DNA of 64,000 nt from Kiritimatiellia bacterium (GCA_050950285.1 JBMNHG010000008.1:248001-312000); one strand, 5' to 3'. Positions 30,385-39,777 are shown, counted from the first letter of the stretch. Program-made: numbers and translations. The notes: a model not told the origin generated them from the letters alone.

Positions 30385-30804
30385 ATGAAGACAACAACCG
30401 GAACCAACAGGCCGCTTTGCACGGCCGTGCTGGTCTTGTATGTGGCGGGGGCGTTGCTGCTACCCGCCCTTCACAAGTATTTTTCCGGGTGCGTCTGCGC
30501 CGACGGCATGAACGGCCTGGTCCGGCGGTGTTGCCCGGCCTCCCATGCGCATGGCGACAACATCGCGGACGACCCGCAAGACGCCAAGCCAGACAAGCCA
30601 CCCCACGATCCGGCCACCTGCGCGATCTGCCAGCTCGCGAACATCCCCATCCACACGGCGTCCATGGCGATCGCGACGCCGCAAAACGGGCCTGTTGAAC
30701 CCGTTCCGCCCGCCGTTTTCCGGCAACCTGACATCCAGACGCCCCGTCTGCACCCCTTCTCCTGCGGTCCTCCCGCCTGGCTTCATTCCCCAGGCATCAT
30801 CTAA
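30385..30804 (+). CDS. DUF2946-like His/Cys-rich protein
   Basis: N-terminal hydrophobic helix, LH, SHAH, HDPATCAICQL, Pro-rich tail ending SCGPPA. Confidence 0.6.
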   Translation: MKTTTGTNRPLCTAVLVLYVAGALLLPALHKYFSGCVCADGMNGLVRRCCPASHAHGDNIADDPQDAKPDKPPHDPATCAICQLANIPIHTASMAIATPQNGPVEPVPPAVFRQPDIQTPRLHPFSCGPPAWLHSPGII

Positions 30805-30896
30805 CACGAACAGACGGTCGGCGCGAACGCGCCGAGCCCGTCGATACTACGCGGCTTCCCGAAGAACGCCGCGAAAGACCAAAGGAAAATCAAGGA

Positions 30897-31721
30897 ATGA
30901 ACACAAACAAAACGATGAATTTGACGACGAACAAGAACGGCTTCACCCTGATCGAACTGCTGATCGTGATCGGCTTGCTCGGGGCGCTGGTCTCGCTGAT
31001 CCTGCCGCGACTCTCGGCCGACCGCACAGAAGCCCTGGGCGACGTGTGCGACTACAACAAGGCCGGCACGGCCCGGGCGCTCATGCAGTACGAGAACGTC
31101 TTCGGCCGCTACCCGGCCGACCTGCACAACGGCTTGCAGGGAACCGACGCCGCCGCGCTGGCGATGGAAGGCCATGCGTCCCCGCAGACGGAACGCATGG
31201 TGACCCACATCGATACGACCCGGCATCAACTGACGGCCGAGGAGGCGGCCTCGCTGTCTTCGGCGGGCATCACCAGCATTTGCTCCGGCACCGGTTTCAA
31301 CAGCACGCCGGTTGCCGCCGGCGTACACGTGGCGGTCGCGGCCGCGGCCGACGGATCCAACCCCTGGGCCGGCGGCGGGAAGCCCGAGATCACCTTCGAC
31401 GGCGTTCTCGTCAGCGACTGGGCCGACGGCTCCGGCGGGCCAAGCTGGAATCAAGGCAAGACGGGGCCGATCGTCGTGCTCTGGGTCGCGCCGACCGTCA
31501 ACTGGGCCGGTGGCGGCGGGGGCAACGGCGACTGGACCAAGGGGGCGGTCGAGCTGGGGATCAGCCTGGAAGGGCAGTGCCCCGTGCCGACGAAATCGAC
31601 GACGGGCGGCGATCCCGACTTCGCCTACTACATGGCGTACTTCAAGGCGTTCAGCGACGGCGTCACGCCGGCGCGCATGATTGGCTTGACGTGTGCCGGA
31701 GGAGGCACGCTGAACCCGTAA
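30897..31721 (+). CDS. Large type IV prepilin-like protein 2 (paralog of 29450-30292)
   Basis: NG|FTLIELLIVIGLLGALVSLILP; shared GDVCDYN, DWTKGAVE, FAYYMAYFK, PARMIG. Confidence 0.88.
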   Translation: MNTNKTMNLTTNKNGFTLIELLIVIGLLGALVSLILPRLSADRTEALGDVCDYNKAGTARALMQYENVFGRYPADLHNGLQGTDAAALAMEGHASPQTERMVTHIDTTRHQLTAEEAASLSSAGITSICSGTGFNSTPVAAGVHVAVAAAADGSNPWAGGGKPEITFDGVLVSDWADGSGGPSWNQGKTGPIVVLWVAPTVNWAGGGGGNGDWTKGAVELGISLEGQCPVPTKSTTGGDPDFAYYMAYFKAFSDGVTPARMIGLTCAGGGTLNP

Positions 31722-31730
31722 TATCACTGC

Positions 31731-31763
31731 ACCCCGGCTGCGGGGGTTCACGCCCCCGCAGCC
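31731..31763 (+). terminator. GC hairpin after prepilin 2
   Basis: GGCTGCGGGGG TTCACG CCCCCGCAGCC; no T tract. Confidence 0.45.
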
Positions 31764-31785
31764 TGTCTCGGACATGATGGCTATT

Positions 31786-31883
31786 GGTTGCGGGAGCGGT
31801 TCCCGCGCCATGGAATCTGAAAGACATACCGGACGGGCTGACCGAGGCGGGAGCCGACCGCAAACGACGGGCACGGATGTGCC
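31786..31883 (+). ncRNA. Candidate structured cis-regulatory RNA, copy 2 (5' of flavodoxin)
   Basis: Near-identical to 29322-29392; GGCAC GGAT GTGCC 3' hairpin. Confidence 0.5.
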
Positions 31884-31914
31884 GCGAAACCAAAGGACAA
31901 CAGAGAAGAAAAAG

Positions 31915-32424
31915 ATGAAGATCGGAATCTATTACGGAAGTACAACCGGCAACACGAGGAGTGCCGCCGCCGCGCTAGCCGATGCGTTGAAAGGCGCGGG
32001 CGAGGTCGCCCTGCATGATGTCGGAAGCGACGGGCTCGCGGGCATGGCCGACTGCGACCTGATCCTGCTCGGCAGCTCGACGTGGGGTCTCGGAGACATG
32101 CAGGACGATTGGGTCGCACACCAGGATTTGCCGGGGATCAACCTCGAAGGAAAGACCGTTGCCGTCTTCGGCACGGGCGATCAAACGGGGTTCTCGGATT
32201 CGTTTGTCAATGCGATCGGCACCCTCGCCGATTCCGCCGAGAAGGCGGGGGCGCACCTGGTCGGTGCCTGGCCGACCGACGGCTACGACCTCCTGGAATC
32301 CACCGCCGTTCGCAATGGGCGCTTCGTCGGGCTGGCCTTGGACGAAGACAACCAGGCCGACCAAACCCAGACCCGCATCGCGCAATGGGTGGCGCAACTG
32401 AAGACGGAACTCGGACTGTGCTGA
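31915..32424 (+). CDS. fldA: Long-chain flavodoxin
   Basis: IYYGSTTGNT, LGSSTWGLG, VFGTGDQ, FVGLALDEDNQ, RIAQW. Confidence 0.92.
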   Translation: MKIGIYYGSTTGNTRSAAAALADALKGAGEVALHDVGSDGLAGMADCDLILLGSSTWGLGDMQDDWVAHQDLPGINLEGKTVAVFGTGDQTGFSDSFVNAIGTLADSAEKAGAHLVGAWPTDGYDLLESTAVRNGRFVGLALDEDNQADQTQTRIAQWVAQLKTELGLC

Positions 32425-32425
32425 C

Positions 32426-32794
32426 ATGAGAGTCTTCTGCCACCACATTTACGAGTACCAGAAAGGGGTACGCAACCTTGTGCTGCACACGCTTCCCGCC
32501 TCGACCCGCCCGGAGGTCGAGCGCAAGCTCGAAGCCAAGGGCATCGCCTACCTGGTTTGCCCCCTCGGAAAACACCAGATCAACGTGTTCTTCGGGGACG
32601 GGCACTGCGTTGAGGTCGTGCGACGCATCGGCAAATCCAGCTTGTGCGACTACACGCCGGAGGAGGACTTCATGCTGGGGATCATGCTCGGCTACGACCG
32701 GCTGCGCCAGTGCAAGCGCTATCTGGAACGCAGCCGCCTGCGGAAGCCGTCCGCGCAAGGGCCGTCCATTCTGGAGAAAGAGAAGGCGGGATGA
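32426..32794 (+). CDS. DUF2023 family protein
   Basis: HHIYEYQKGVRNLVLHT, INVFFG, TPEEDFMLGIMLGYD; adjacent to flavodoxin. Confidence 0.8.
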   Translation: MRVFCHHIYEYQKGVRNLVLHTLPASTRPEVERKLEAKGIAYLVCPLGKHQINVFFGDGHCVEVVRRIGKSSLCDYTPEEDFMLGIMLGYDRLRQCKRYLERSRLRKPSAQGPSILEKEKAG

Positions 32795-33543
32795 ACACGA
32801 AGGGGACAGGGAGCCGTCAAGGCATGGCGCCCCGACCGGCGCCGGTCGGCGGCGGGCATCGGTGCGGGGGAGGCGGCGCCTGCACGGGCTGCCTGACCGG
32901 AAACCCCTGCCCCGCCTGCCGCGAACGACAGAACGGGGCGACGGCCGCCGGTGCACAGCCGCTGGTTCGCGGCGCGGCCGGGCGTGCTGGCGGCTTCACC
33001 CTCATGGAGATGCTGATCGTGATCGGCCTTCTCGGGGCGCTGGTCGCCTTGATCCTGCCGAAGCTGACCGTGCAGAAGACCTGGGCGGTCGACGAATCCA
33101 TGGCGCCGGCCGAGATGATGGACATCCGCCGCGCCTACGCGGCGTTTCAGGCCGACTGCCTCCCGACGGCGGCGGACCGCGCCCAGATCGGGCGCTACGG
33201 CCTCGCGGTTCTGATGACGACCAACCTCGCCTGGTCAACGGGGTGGTCCTTTCCGATGACTTTCGATCCGCGCCGCGGCAAGGGCTGGCGCGGCCCCTAT
33301 TTGCAGCCGGAAGGCGTCCGCCGCGTCTATCTCGACGAGGAGGGGCAGTCCCTGGCGGGCACGGGGCCGACCGCCGAAATCCCGGTCGTTCACGACCCGC
33401 GCCATGCCACGGACGCCGCCGACGCCGCGGAACGCTTCTACCGGGTGCAGATGCGCACCAACACCCTTTACCTCGTCTATGTCGGCGCCGACGCGGTGTT
33501 CGGCTCCGACGACGACGTTGCTCAGCCATTGGAGACGCCATGA
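32791..33543 (+). CDS. Type IV prepilin-like protein 3 with long Cys-rich leader
   Basis: ATGA-coupled start; GG|FTLMEMLIVIGLLG; GWRGPYL (GspG-like motif). Confidence 0.85.
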   Translation: MNTKGTGSRQGMAPRPAPVGGGHRCGGGGACTGCLTGNPCPACRERQNGATAAGAQPLVRGAAGRAGGFTLMEMLIVIGLLGALVALILPKLTVQKTWAVDESMAPAEMMDIRRAYAAFQADCLPTAADRAQIGRYGLAVLMTTNLAWSTGWSFPMTFDPRRGKGWRGPYLQPEGVRRVYLDEEGQSLAGTGPTAEIPVVHDPRHATDAADAAERFYRVQMRTNTLYLVYVGADAVFGSDDDVAQPLETP

Positions 33544-34529
33544 GCCTGCCCTGCCATGGAACCGGTTCCAGATCCGGGCTGACGCTCATCGAGCTCGTGG
33601 TCGTGCTGGCGTTGCTGGCCGGGCTCGCGGCGATGACCTTGACCGGGGTGGGCGACCTCGGCAACCGCGGGCGGTACGACGAGACCGCCACGCGCCTGCG
33701 GCTGATCCGCGAGGCCGTGGTCGGCAACGGCGTCGAGCCCGGGCGCTTCGTGCGCGACATGGGGCGGCTGCCGATGGTGCATGACGACGCGGACGGCGTG
33801 CGGCTGGAGGAATTGTGGCGCGACGCGGGCGGCATTGGCTACGGTTCGGTGACGAACAGCCTGGCTTCCGGAGCGTGGCAATGGCCCGGGTGGGCCGCTT
33901 TCGGCGGTCAATTGCCGGGTTCGGTCGAGCTTGCCTGCGGCTGGAACGGCCCCTACCTGATGGTGGACGACCCTTCCACGGCCAAGAGCTACGACGGCTT
34001 CGGAAACGCATGGCGGGTTTCGGGAAGCGGGGCGGGCGACGTGATTGCGAGGGTGACAAGCCTCGGCTCCGACAACGCGGTCGGCGGGACGACCTGGGAC
34101 GAAGCGGACCAGACGCTCGACCTGGGCGCCCTGCTGCCGGAAACCGAGCTGACCGTCGTCGTCAAGGCCCGGAACAGCACCAACGCGCAAGACGTCGTCT
34201 GGCGCCCCGTGGAGCCGATCGATGCTTCCGCGACGGCGGCGGACACCCCGCCCTACCGGTTGCACAAATTGCACGTCGCCCTGTTCGTTCCCGAGGTCGG
34301 CGCCGACGCCGCCGCGTTGCGGCGCGCCATCCTGCCGGCGGTTTCGACCGATGTGGCCGGGTCGGTGACGTTCACCGGCCTGGCGCCGACGCGGTGCCGG
34401 GTCTTCGCCTACGGCTACCTCGGCGATCCGCCTGAGGCCGCCTCGCTTCAGACAAGCGGCCTGGAGCTTGAGCCGATGACGCTGAACCCCGGGCGCAACA
34501 TGATCACTTTGCATTTGAGGAAACCCTAG
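33540..34529 (+). CDS. Type IV prepilin-like protein 4
   Basis: RSG|LTLIELVVVLALLAGLA; FVRDMGRLP, GWNGPYL, DGFGN. Confidence 0.85.
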   Translation: MSLPCHGTGSRSGLTLIELVVVLALLAGLAAMTLTGVGDLGNRGRYDETATRLRLIREAVVGNGVEPGRFVRDMGRLPMVHDDADGVRLEELWRDAGGIGYGSVTNSLASGAWQWPGWAAFGGQLPGSVELACGWNGPYLMVDDPSTAKSYDGFGNAWRVSGSGAGDVIARVTSLGSDNAVGGTTWDEADQTLDLGALLPETELTVVVKARNSTNAQDVVWRPVEPIDASATAADTPPYRLHKLHVALFVPEVGADAAALRRAILPAVSTDVAGSVTFTGLAPTRCRVFAYGYLGDPPEAASLQTSGLELEPMTLNPGRNMITLHLRKP

Positions 34530-35915
34530 ATGAAGCTTTTTGGACACGGAGGAGCGCGGGTCGTCGCCGTTCACGACGGCCTGGCATGGCGCGCATACGA
34601 CATGCGACCGGCCCGCAGGGGGTGGGTCTGCGACGGATGCGCGGAGGAGCCCGCGCGCGGCGGGCGGCAGATGCCGAAGACGATTCTCGATTTCATCGCG
34701 AAATCCCGCGCGAAACGCCTGAGGGTGCTGCTCACGGGCGACGTACACGCCCTGGCCCCGGCCATCCCCGAGGACGCCACGGACGAGGAGCTTCACACGG
34801 CTCTGGCCTACGAGGCGCAGGGCGAAGCGGGGCTGGAGGCGGCGGGGCACCGCCTGGCGGCGGCGCGAGCCGACTTGTACGAAATGGGGGGCGAACGCGC
34901 GACGCTGCTGGCGGCGGGCGTCGAGATCGAGCGGATGGAGCGCTTCGCCTCGGACGCCGAGGGCGAAGGGGTCCGCTTCGAGGGCGCGGGCTCGCTTGAG
35001 CTGGCCGTGCTGGCCGAACATGCCCGCCGCGCGCCGAACCGGCGCTTGCTGCTGGTGCGCGAGCGCACGAGCTTCTATGCCGTGCCCGCGAACGACCCGC
35101 AGTCGTTTCTGGTCGCCACCCTGCCGCTGGGGCTCGATGCGGCGTCGGATCCGACCGCGCGGGAGCGCGCCGGACGCGCACAGGAACGGCTGCGCATGCA
35201 CGACGCCATCCCCATGACCGTGGTTCTTTGCGGCGAGGCCGAGGGGCGGCGCGAGCGCCTGGCCCCGTTTCTGGGCGCATGCGCGGATGTGGAATTTCTG
35301 GATCTCCGCGACATCGAGGAGGCCGCGCTGCGGGCCGGCGCGGGCGGTCGTGTGGGCGGCGTCGTGGAAACGTGCCCGTGGATCGGGCTGCCGCCGCCCC
35401 CGCGCGATCCGCACCGGCATGGCACCGTGATCCTGTTTGTCATTCTGGCCGCCTCGCTCGTCTGGGCCGGCGCGAGCAAGCATGGCCTGGAGGAGGACTT
35501 GTGCGCCGCGCGCGCCAGGCGCACGGCCTGGAAATCGCTGGAAGGCGAGCGCGAGAAGGCCGCGAACGAAACCAAGGCGCTGCGGGATCGCCAGTCCGCC
35601 ATCCTGGAGAGGAAGGCGCTGCTGGAAAACCGGCGCCGCCTGCCGCACGGGCTGCTGCCGCTGCTGGCGACGCTGGCGGAACGCATGCCCGCCTATTCGT
35701 GCCTGCTCTCCGTGAAGCAACGCGACGACGACGGCTTTGACGTGGTCGGCCTCACCCAATGGCAGGACGGGCTGCCCCAGCTCGACGCCGCGCTGCGCGA
35801 CATGGGGGAGCGCGAGGGCCTGAGGCGCGAATTCGGCGGACTGGAGGCGGTTGAAGAACGGCGGTACGCTCAGCGCTTCAAGTTCTCCGTGTCGCCAGGA
35901 GGGAGCCGGCCATGA
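34530..35915 (+). CDS. PilM/PilN-like (GspL-like) platform protein
   Basis: Cytoplasmic domain, single TM (VILFVILAASLVWA), coiled coil, PilN-like tail; synteny. Confidence 0.6.
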   Translation: MKLFGHGGARVVAVHDGLAWRAYDMRPARRGWVCDGCAEEPARGGRQMPKTILDFIAKSRAKRLRVLLTGDVHALAPAIPEDATDEELHTALAYEAQGEAGLEAAGHRLAAARADLYEMGGERATLLAAGVEIERMERFASDAEGEGVRFEGAGSLELAVLAEHARRAPNRRLLLVRERTSFYAVPANDPQSFLVATLPLGLDAASDPTARERAGRAQERLRMHDAIPMTVVLCGEAEGRRERLAPFLGACADVEFLDLRDIEEAALRAGAGGRVGGVVETCPWIGLPPPPRDPHRHGTVILFVILAASLVWAGASKHGLEEDLCAARARRTAWKSLEGEREKAANETKALRDRQSAILERKALLENRRRLPHGLLPLLATLAERMPAYSCLLSVKQRDDDGFDVVGLTQWQDGLPQLDAALRDMGEREGLRREFGGLEAVEERRYAQRFKFSVSPGGSRP

Positions 35916-36568
35916 TCAGGGCGATTCGACGCGCCTTGCGCCAGTGGAAGCGCGAGTTCCTGGCCTTCTGGAGCCGTTTCACGGCGTTCCACCGGATCGT
36001 GATCGGCATCCTGCTCGCTATGGGCGTTGTCTTCCTCGCCCGCACGCGCATGCTGGATCCGCTCGAAAGGGAGCTGGCCGCCGTGCGCAAGGAGCTGGCC
36101 GACAAAGGGGTTCCCGCCCGGGTGCCATCGGCGGACGCGGACGAGGAAGTCCAGCAGGAGCTGCTTCGCGCGGAGAACCTCCGGCGCAGCATCGAAAACC
36201 AGATGGGCGAGCTGGCCGCCATCGAGGCGACGACCGATTTGCGCCTGGACGCGGGCAAGGCGGACGCCCATGCCGCCCTCCTCGCAATGGCCGGCCGCCA
36301 CGGGCTGCGCGTGTTGAAAAACGCCGCCGCCGAGCCGCCGGCGGGCGGGACGATTCCCGTGGAGGCTTCCACCTACGAGCTGGCGGGGCGCTTCGCCTCC
36401 ATCTACGGATTCCTGGACGATGTGCGGCGCGGGCCGATTCTCTGGGAGCTGCGCGATCTGTCGATCGTGTTGCTGGACGAAGGCGATCGCCCCGGCGGCG
36501 CCGCCGCCCCGCCGTTGAAGCTCGGCTTCACCCTTGTGCTGCGCCGCTACGACGGAGGCGGGAAATGA
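35912..36568 (+). CDS. PilO/GspM-like protein
   Basis: TM, coiled coil, YELAGRFASIYGFL ferredoxin-like fold motif; synteny. Confidence 0.6.
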   Translation: MIRAIRRALRQWKREFLAFWSRFTAFHRIVIGILLAMGVVFLARTRMLDPLERELAAVRKELADKGVPARVPSADADEEVQQELLRAENLRRSIENQMGELAAIEATTDLRLDAGKADAHAALLAMAGRHGLRVLKNAAAEPPAGGTIPVEASTYELAGRFASIYGFLDDVRRGPILWELRDLSIVLLDEGDRPGGAAAPPLKLGFTLVLRRYDGGGK

Positions 36569-38022
36569 GCGCCAGGCGCGTCGTCGATCTTTCAAAGGTG
36601 GTCGCCTCCGAGGCGGCGCTGGCCAAGGTGCCCGGAAGGCTGGCCCGGCGCTACGGCCTCCTCCCGGTGGGGCTGGACGGCGAGACGCTGAGCGTGGTGC
36701 TGGCGAACCCCGACGACCCGATGGGCGTGATGGAGCTCGAAAGCCGCCTGGGCCTGCATGTCAAGACGCTCGCCGCATCCCGCCCGGAAGCCGTTGCGCG
36801 CGCCATCGAGCGCTACTATGCGGGCGCGGATGGCGACGAGCCCCCGACCGCGCTGGCCGCGCTCGAGCGGCTGGTCAACCGGGCGATCCAGATTCACTGC
36901 TCCGACATCCACCTCGACCCCGAGGACGGCGCGGGCGTTGCGCGCATGCGCGTGGATGGCATGATGCGCGTCGTCGGCGAATACCCGCCCGCGTTCATGG
37001 CCGACTTGGTCTCGGCCGTCAAGGTCGCCGCGCGGCTCGACATTTCCGAGCGTCGTGTGCCGCAGGACGGCCAGATCGTGATGGACAGCCTGGGCGAGTC
37101 CATCGCCATGCGCGTGGCGGTCGTCCCGACCACGCACGGGGAGAAGGTCACGCTGCGCATCCTGGCCACCGCCGCCGTGTCGGAGGAGCTCGACCGGCTC
37201 GACGCCCTGGGCATGACTGAACGCCATTACGGCATGATGCACGCGGCCCTCGAGCAGCCCTACGGCGTGATCCTCCTGTCCGGCCCGACCGGGAGCGGCA
37301 AGACGACCACCCTCTATGCCGCGTTGCGCTATTTGCGCGAACCGGGCACGAGGCATATCCTGACAATCGAGAATCCGGTCGAAATCCCGCTGAAGGGCGT
37401 CAACCAGATCCAAATCGACGGCGAGCGCATCACTTTCGCGAAGGCGCTGCGCAGCGCGTTGCGGCACGACCCGGACGTGATCATGGTGGGCGAGATCCGC
37501 GATCCGGAGACGGCCGACATCGCCGTCAAGAGCGCCCTGACGGGCCACCTGGTCCTGGCCACCCTGCACGCCAACACGTCGGTGTCCGTCATCACCCGTC
37601 TGCTGAACCTCGGGATCACCCGCGAGCTGGCCGCCTCGACCCTGCGCCTGGTCGTGGCCCAGCGGCTGGTGCGCCGCCCCTGCCCGCACTGCTCGGTCCT
37701 GGAGCCGGCGACCGAGGCCATGTGCGCGGAGTTCGGCTGGGATCCCGCCGCGCCCCCGCCGGTGCCGCGCGTGCGCGGCTGCGCGTTTTGCGGACAGCTT
37801 GGCTATGCCGGGCGGTTCGGGCTTTACGAGATGGTGCCGGTGGACCGGGAGCTGCGCGACCTGATCGTCGCGGGGGCGGCCGAGGACAGCATGGCCGACT
37901 TCGTCTTCGGGCGGCGCAAGCTCGCGACGCTGGCGCAGGATGGCGCCGAAAAGGTGAAGGCGGGGGCGACCACGCCCGAGGAAGTGCGGCGCGTGACGTT
38001 TCTCGGGGAGGATGAAAGCTGA
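36565..38022 (+). CDS. pilB: PilB/GspE assembly ATPase
   Basis: SDIHLDP, LDISERRVPQDG, GPTGSGKTTT, LRHDPDVIMVGEIRD, CPHC..CAFC. Confidence 0.9.
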   Translation: MSARRVVDLSKVVASEAALAKVPGRLARRYGLLPVGLDGETLSVVLANPDDPMGVMELESRLGLHVKTLAASRPEAVARAIERYYAGADGDEPPTALAALERLVNRAIQIHCSDIHLDPEDGAGVARMRVDGMMRVVGEYPPAFMADLVSAVKVAARLDISERRVPQDGQIVMDSLGESIAMRVAVVPTTHGEKVTLRILATAAVSEELDRLDALGMTERHYGMMHAALEQPYGVILLSGPTGSGKTTTLYAALRYLREPGTRHILTIENPVEIPLKGVNQIQIDGERITFAKALRSALRHDPDVIMVGEIRDPETADIAVKSALTGHLVLATLHANTSVSVITRLLNLGITRELAASTLRLVVAQRLVRRPCPHCSVLEPATEAMCAEFGWDPAAPPPVPRVRGCAFCGQLGYAGRFGLYEMVPVDRELRDLIVAGAAEDSMADFVFGRRKLATLAQDGAEKVKAGATTPEEVRRVTFLGEDES

Positions 38023-39257
38023 TGCCGGCCTTTCGATACACGGTGTTGCAGAACGGCGCCCGGCGCGAGGGGGTCGTCGAGGCGGAATCCGAGCGCGCGG
38101 CGGCCGAGCGTCTGCGGGCGGACGGGGCGAGCGTCCTGTCGCTCGCGCCGGCGCCCGCCGGAGCGGCTCCCCGGCAATCGCCCCGCTGGCTCGACTCCCT
38201 TGCGGATCGCATGTTGATCCGTTCCCAGAGCATCGAGCTGACCTTGCGCCAGCTCGGATCCCTCCTGCGCGCCGGCGTCCCGATCCTGACCGCGCTGACC
38301 GCGCTCGCGCGCACCGCCACGCCCCGGTTGAGCCGGGCGCTTGAGCGCACCGCCGGCGTCATACGCGAGGGCAAGTCCTTCAGCAAGGCCCTGGCCATGA
38401 ACCTGCCTGGCGTGGATCGCGTGACGATCGGCCTGCTGGGGGTCGGGGAATCCAACGGCACGCTGGACGCCATGGCCGTGCATGCCGCCGGCCTGAAGGA
38501 ACGTTCGCGCAAGACGCGCGAGCAGATCGTCCAGGCGTTCAGCTACCCCGTGGTGGTGATGCTTGCGGCCATGGGCGTGGGCGCCTACATGGTCCGGAGC
38601 GTGTTTCCCGTGATCATGAAGTTCATCGCCTCCACCCGGAAGACCGCGGAGCTCCCCCTGCCCACGCGCATGGTCGTCGCCCTGGACGGCTTCCTGTCGA
38701 CGTACGGAGTCTATGTGCTCATCGCGCCCTTTGCGTTGGCGGTGCTGGTTGTGGCGCTGCGGCGCTCCCCCCGCACCGGCGAGCTGGTGGATCGGGCCGC
38801 GCTGCGGCTGCCGCTGCTGGGCGGCGCGTTCAAGTTCCACGCCAACGCGATGTGGTGCTCGACGCTTGGTTCGCTGCTGGCCAGCGGGCTGGACGTCCTG
38901 GCCGCCGTGGACCTCGTGCGCGGCACGATGGGCAACATGTTCTACGCCGCGCAATTCGAGCGCGTGCGGGAGATGCTGCGCGGCGGCTCCAGCCTGAGCA
39001 AATGCATCGAGGCGACGGAGCTTCAGCGGCTGACGCCCATGGCGCACACGCTGGTCAGCGTTAGCGAGGAGGGCGGGCACATGGACGACAGCCTGCTTGA
39101 GGTCGCGCGTTTTTCGGAAGACGAGCTCAACCGCCGCGTGGCGCTGCTGAGCAAGCTGGTGGAACCCGCCATGTTCGTGTTGGTGGGGGGATTCGTCGGA
39201 CTGGTTTATTTCGGCTTCTTCCTGGCGGTGCTGACGGCAACGCGGGCGGGGCGGTAA
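38022..39257 (+). CDS. pilC: PilC/GspF inner-membrane platform protein
   Basis: RQLGSLLRAGVPI, GESNGTL, FSYP, LVEP; two T2SSF repeats. Confidence 0.9.
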   Translation: MPAFRYTVLQNGARREGVVEAESERAAAERLRADGASVLSLAPAPAGAAPRQSPRWLDSLADRMLIRSQSIELTLRQLGSLLRAGVPILTALTALARTATPRLSRALERTAGVIREGKSFSKALAMNLPGVDRVTIGLLGVGESNGTLDAMAVHAAGLKERSRKTREQIVQAFSYPVVVMLAAMGVGAYMVRSVFPVIMKFIASTRKTAELPLPTRMVVALDGFLSTYGVYVLIAPFALAVLVVALRRSPRTGELVDRAALRLPLLGGAFKFHANAMWCSTLGSLLASGLDVLAAVDLVRGTMGNMFYAAQFERVREMLRGGSSLSKCIEATELQRLTPMAHTLVSVSEEGGHMDDSLLEVARFSEDELNRRVALLSKLVEPAMFVLVGGFVGLVYFGFFLAVLTATRAGR

Positions 39258-39276
39258 GGGAAAAGGAACGCAGAGA

Positions 39277-39777
39277 GTGAAACGATCAGGTGTTTGGATA
39301 CGGATTGCCGTTGTGGCCGCCGGTCTTGGAGTGCCGGTCATGGCCCCGGCGGCGGATGCCGCCGCCGCGACCAATGCGCCGGCGGAACCCGTTGTGCAGG
39401 CCGGGAGCCCGGCGCCCGGCGCGGGCCGGGATGCGGCGGAACCCGCAATTCCGATCGGCGACCCGTTTGCCATGCGGGGGCTTGCGGAAGGCGACGGGTT
39501 CGTCAGCGCCGGCCCCGCGGCGATGCCGCCGGGTATCCGCGTCGTCGCGATTCTGGCGGTCGCCGGCAGGCCGCCGGTCGGGGCGCTGTCGATTCCCGGC
39601 GCCGCCACCCTGCATTTCATCCGCGAGGGGGACGTGATCCAGGTGGATCCCCCTGAAGAAACCGCGGCCAAGGGCGCGGCCGGCTCGCAGTTGTATCTGC
39701 TGGTGAAGTCCATCACGCACAACCAGGTGGAACTCGCACCACGCACGCGCCCGCAGGATGTGAGGATCTACCGATGA
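39277..39777 (+). CDS. PilP/GspC-like periplasmic protein
   Basis: Signal peptide, DPF motif, FIREGD; immediately upstream of secretin. Confidence 0.55.
   Translation: MKRSGVWIRIAVVAAGLGVPVMAPAADAAAATNAPAEPVVQAGSPAPGAGRDAAEPAIPIGDPFAMRGLAEGDGFVSAGPAAMPPGIRVVAILAVAGRPPVGALSIPGAATLHFIREGDVIQVDPPEETAAKGAAGSQLYLLVKSITHNQVELAPRTRPQDVRIYR

Noticed and set aside
29450..34529. Pilins as cytochrome nanowires or Geobacter-type e-pili
   Set aside because: No CxxCH motifs; pilins are long, not truncated
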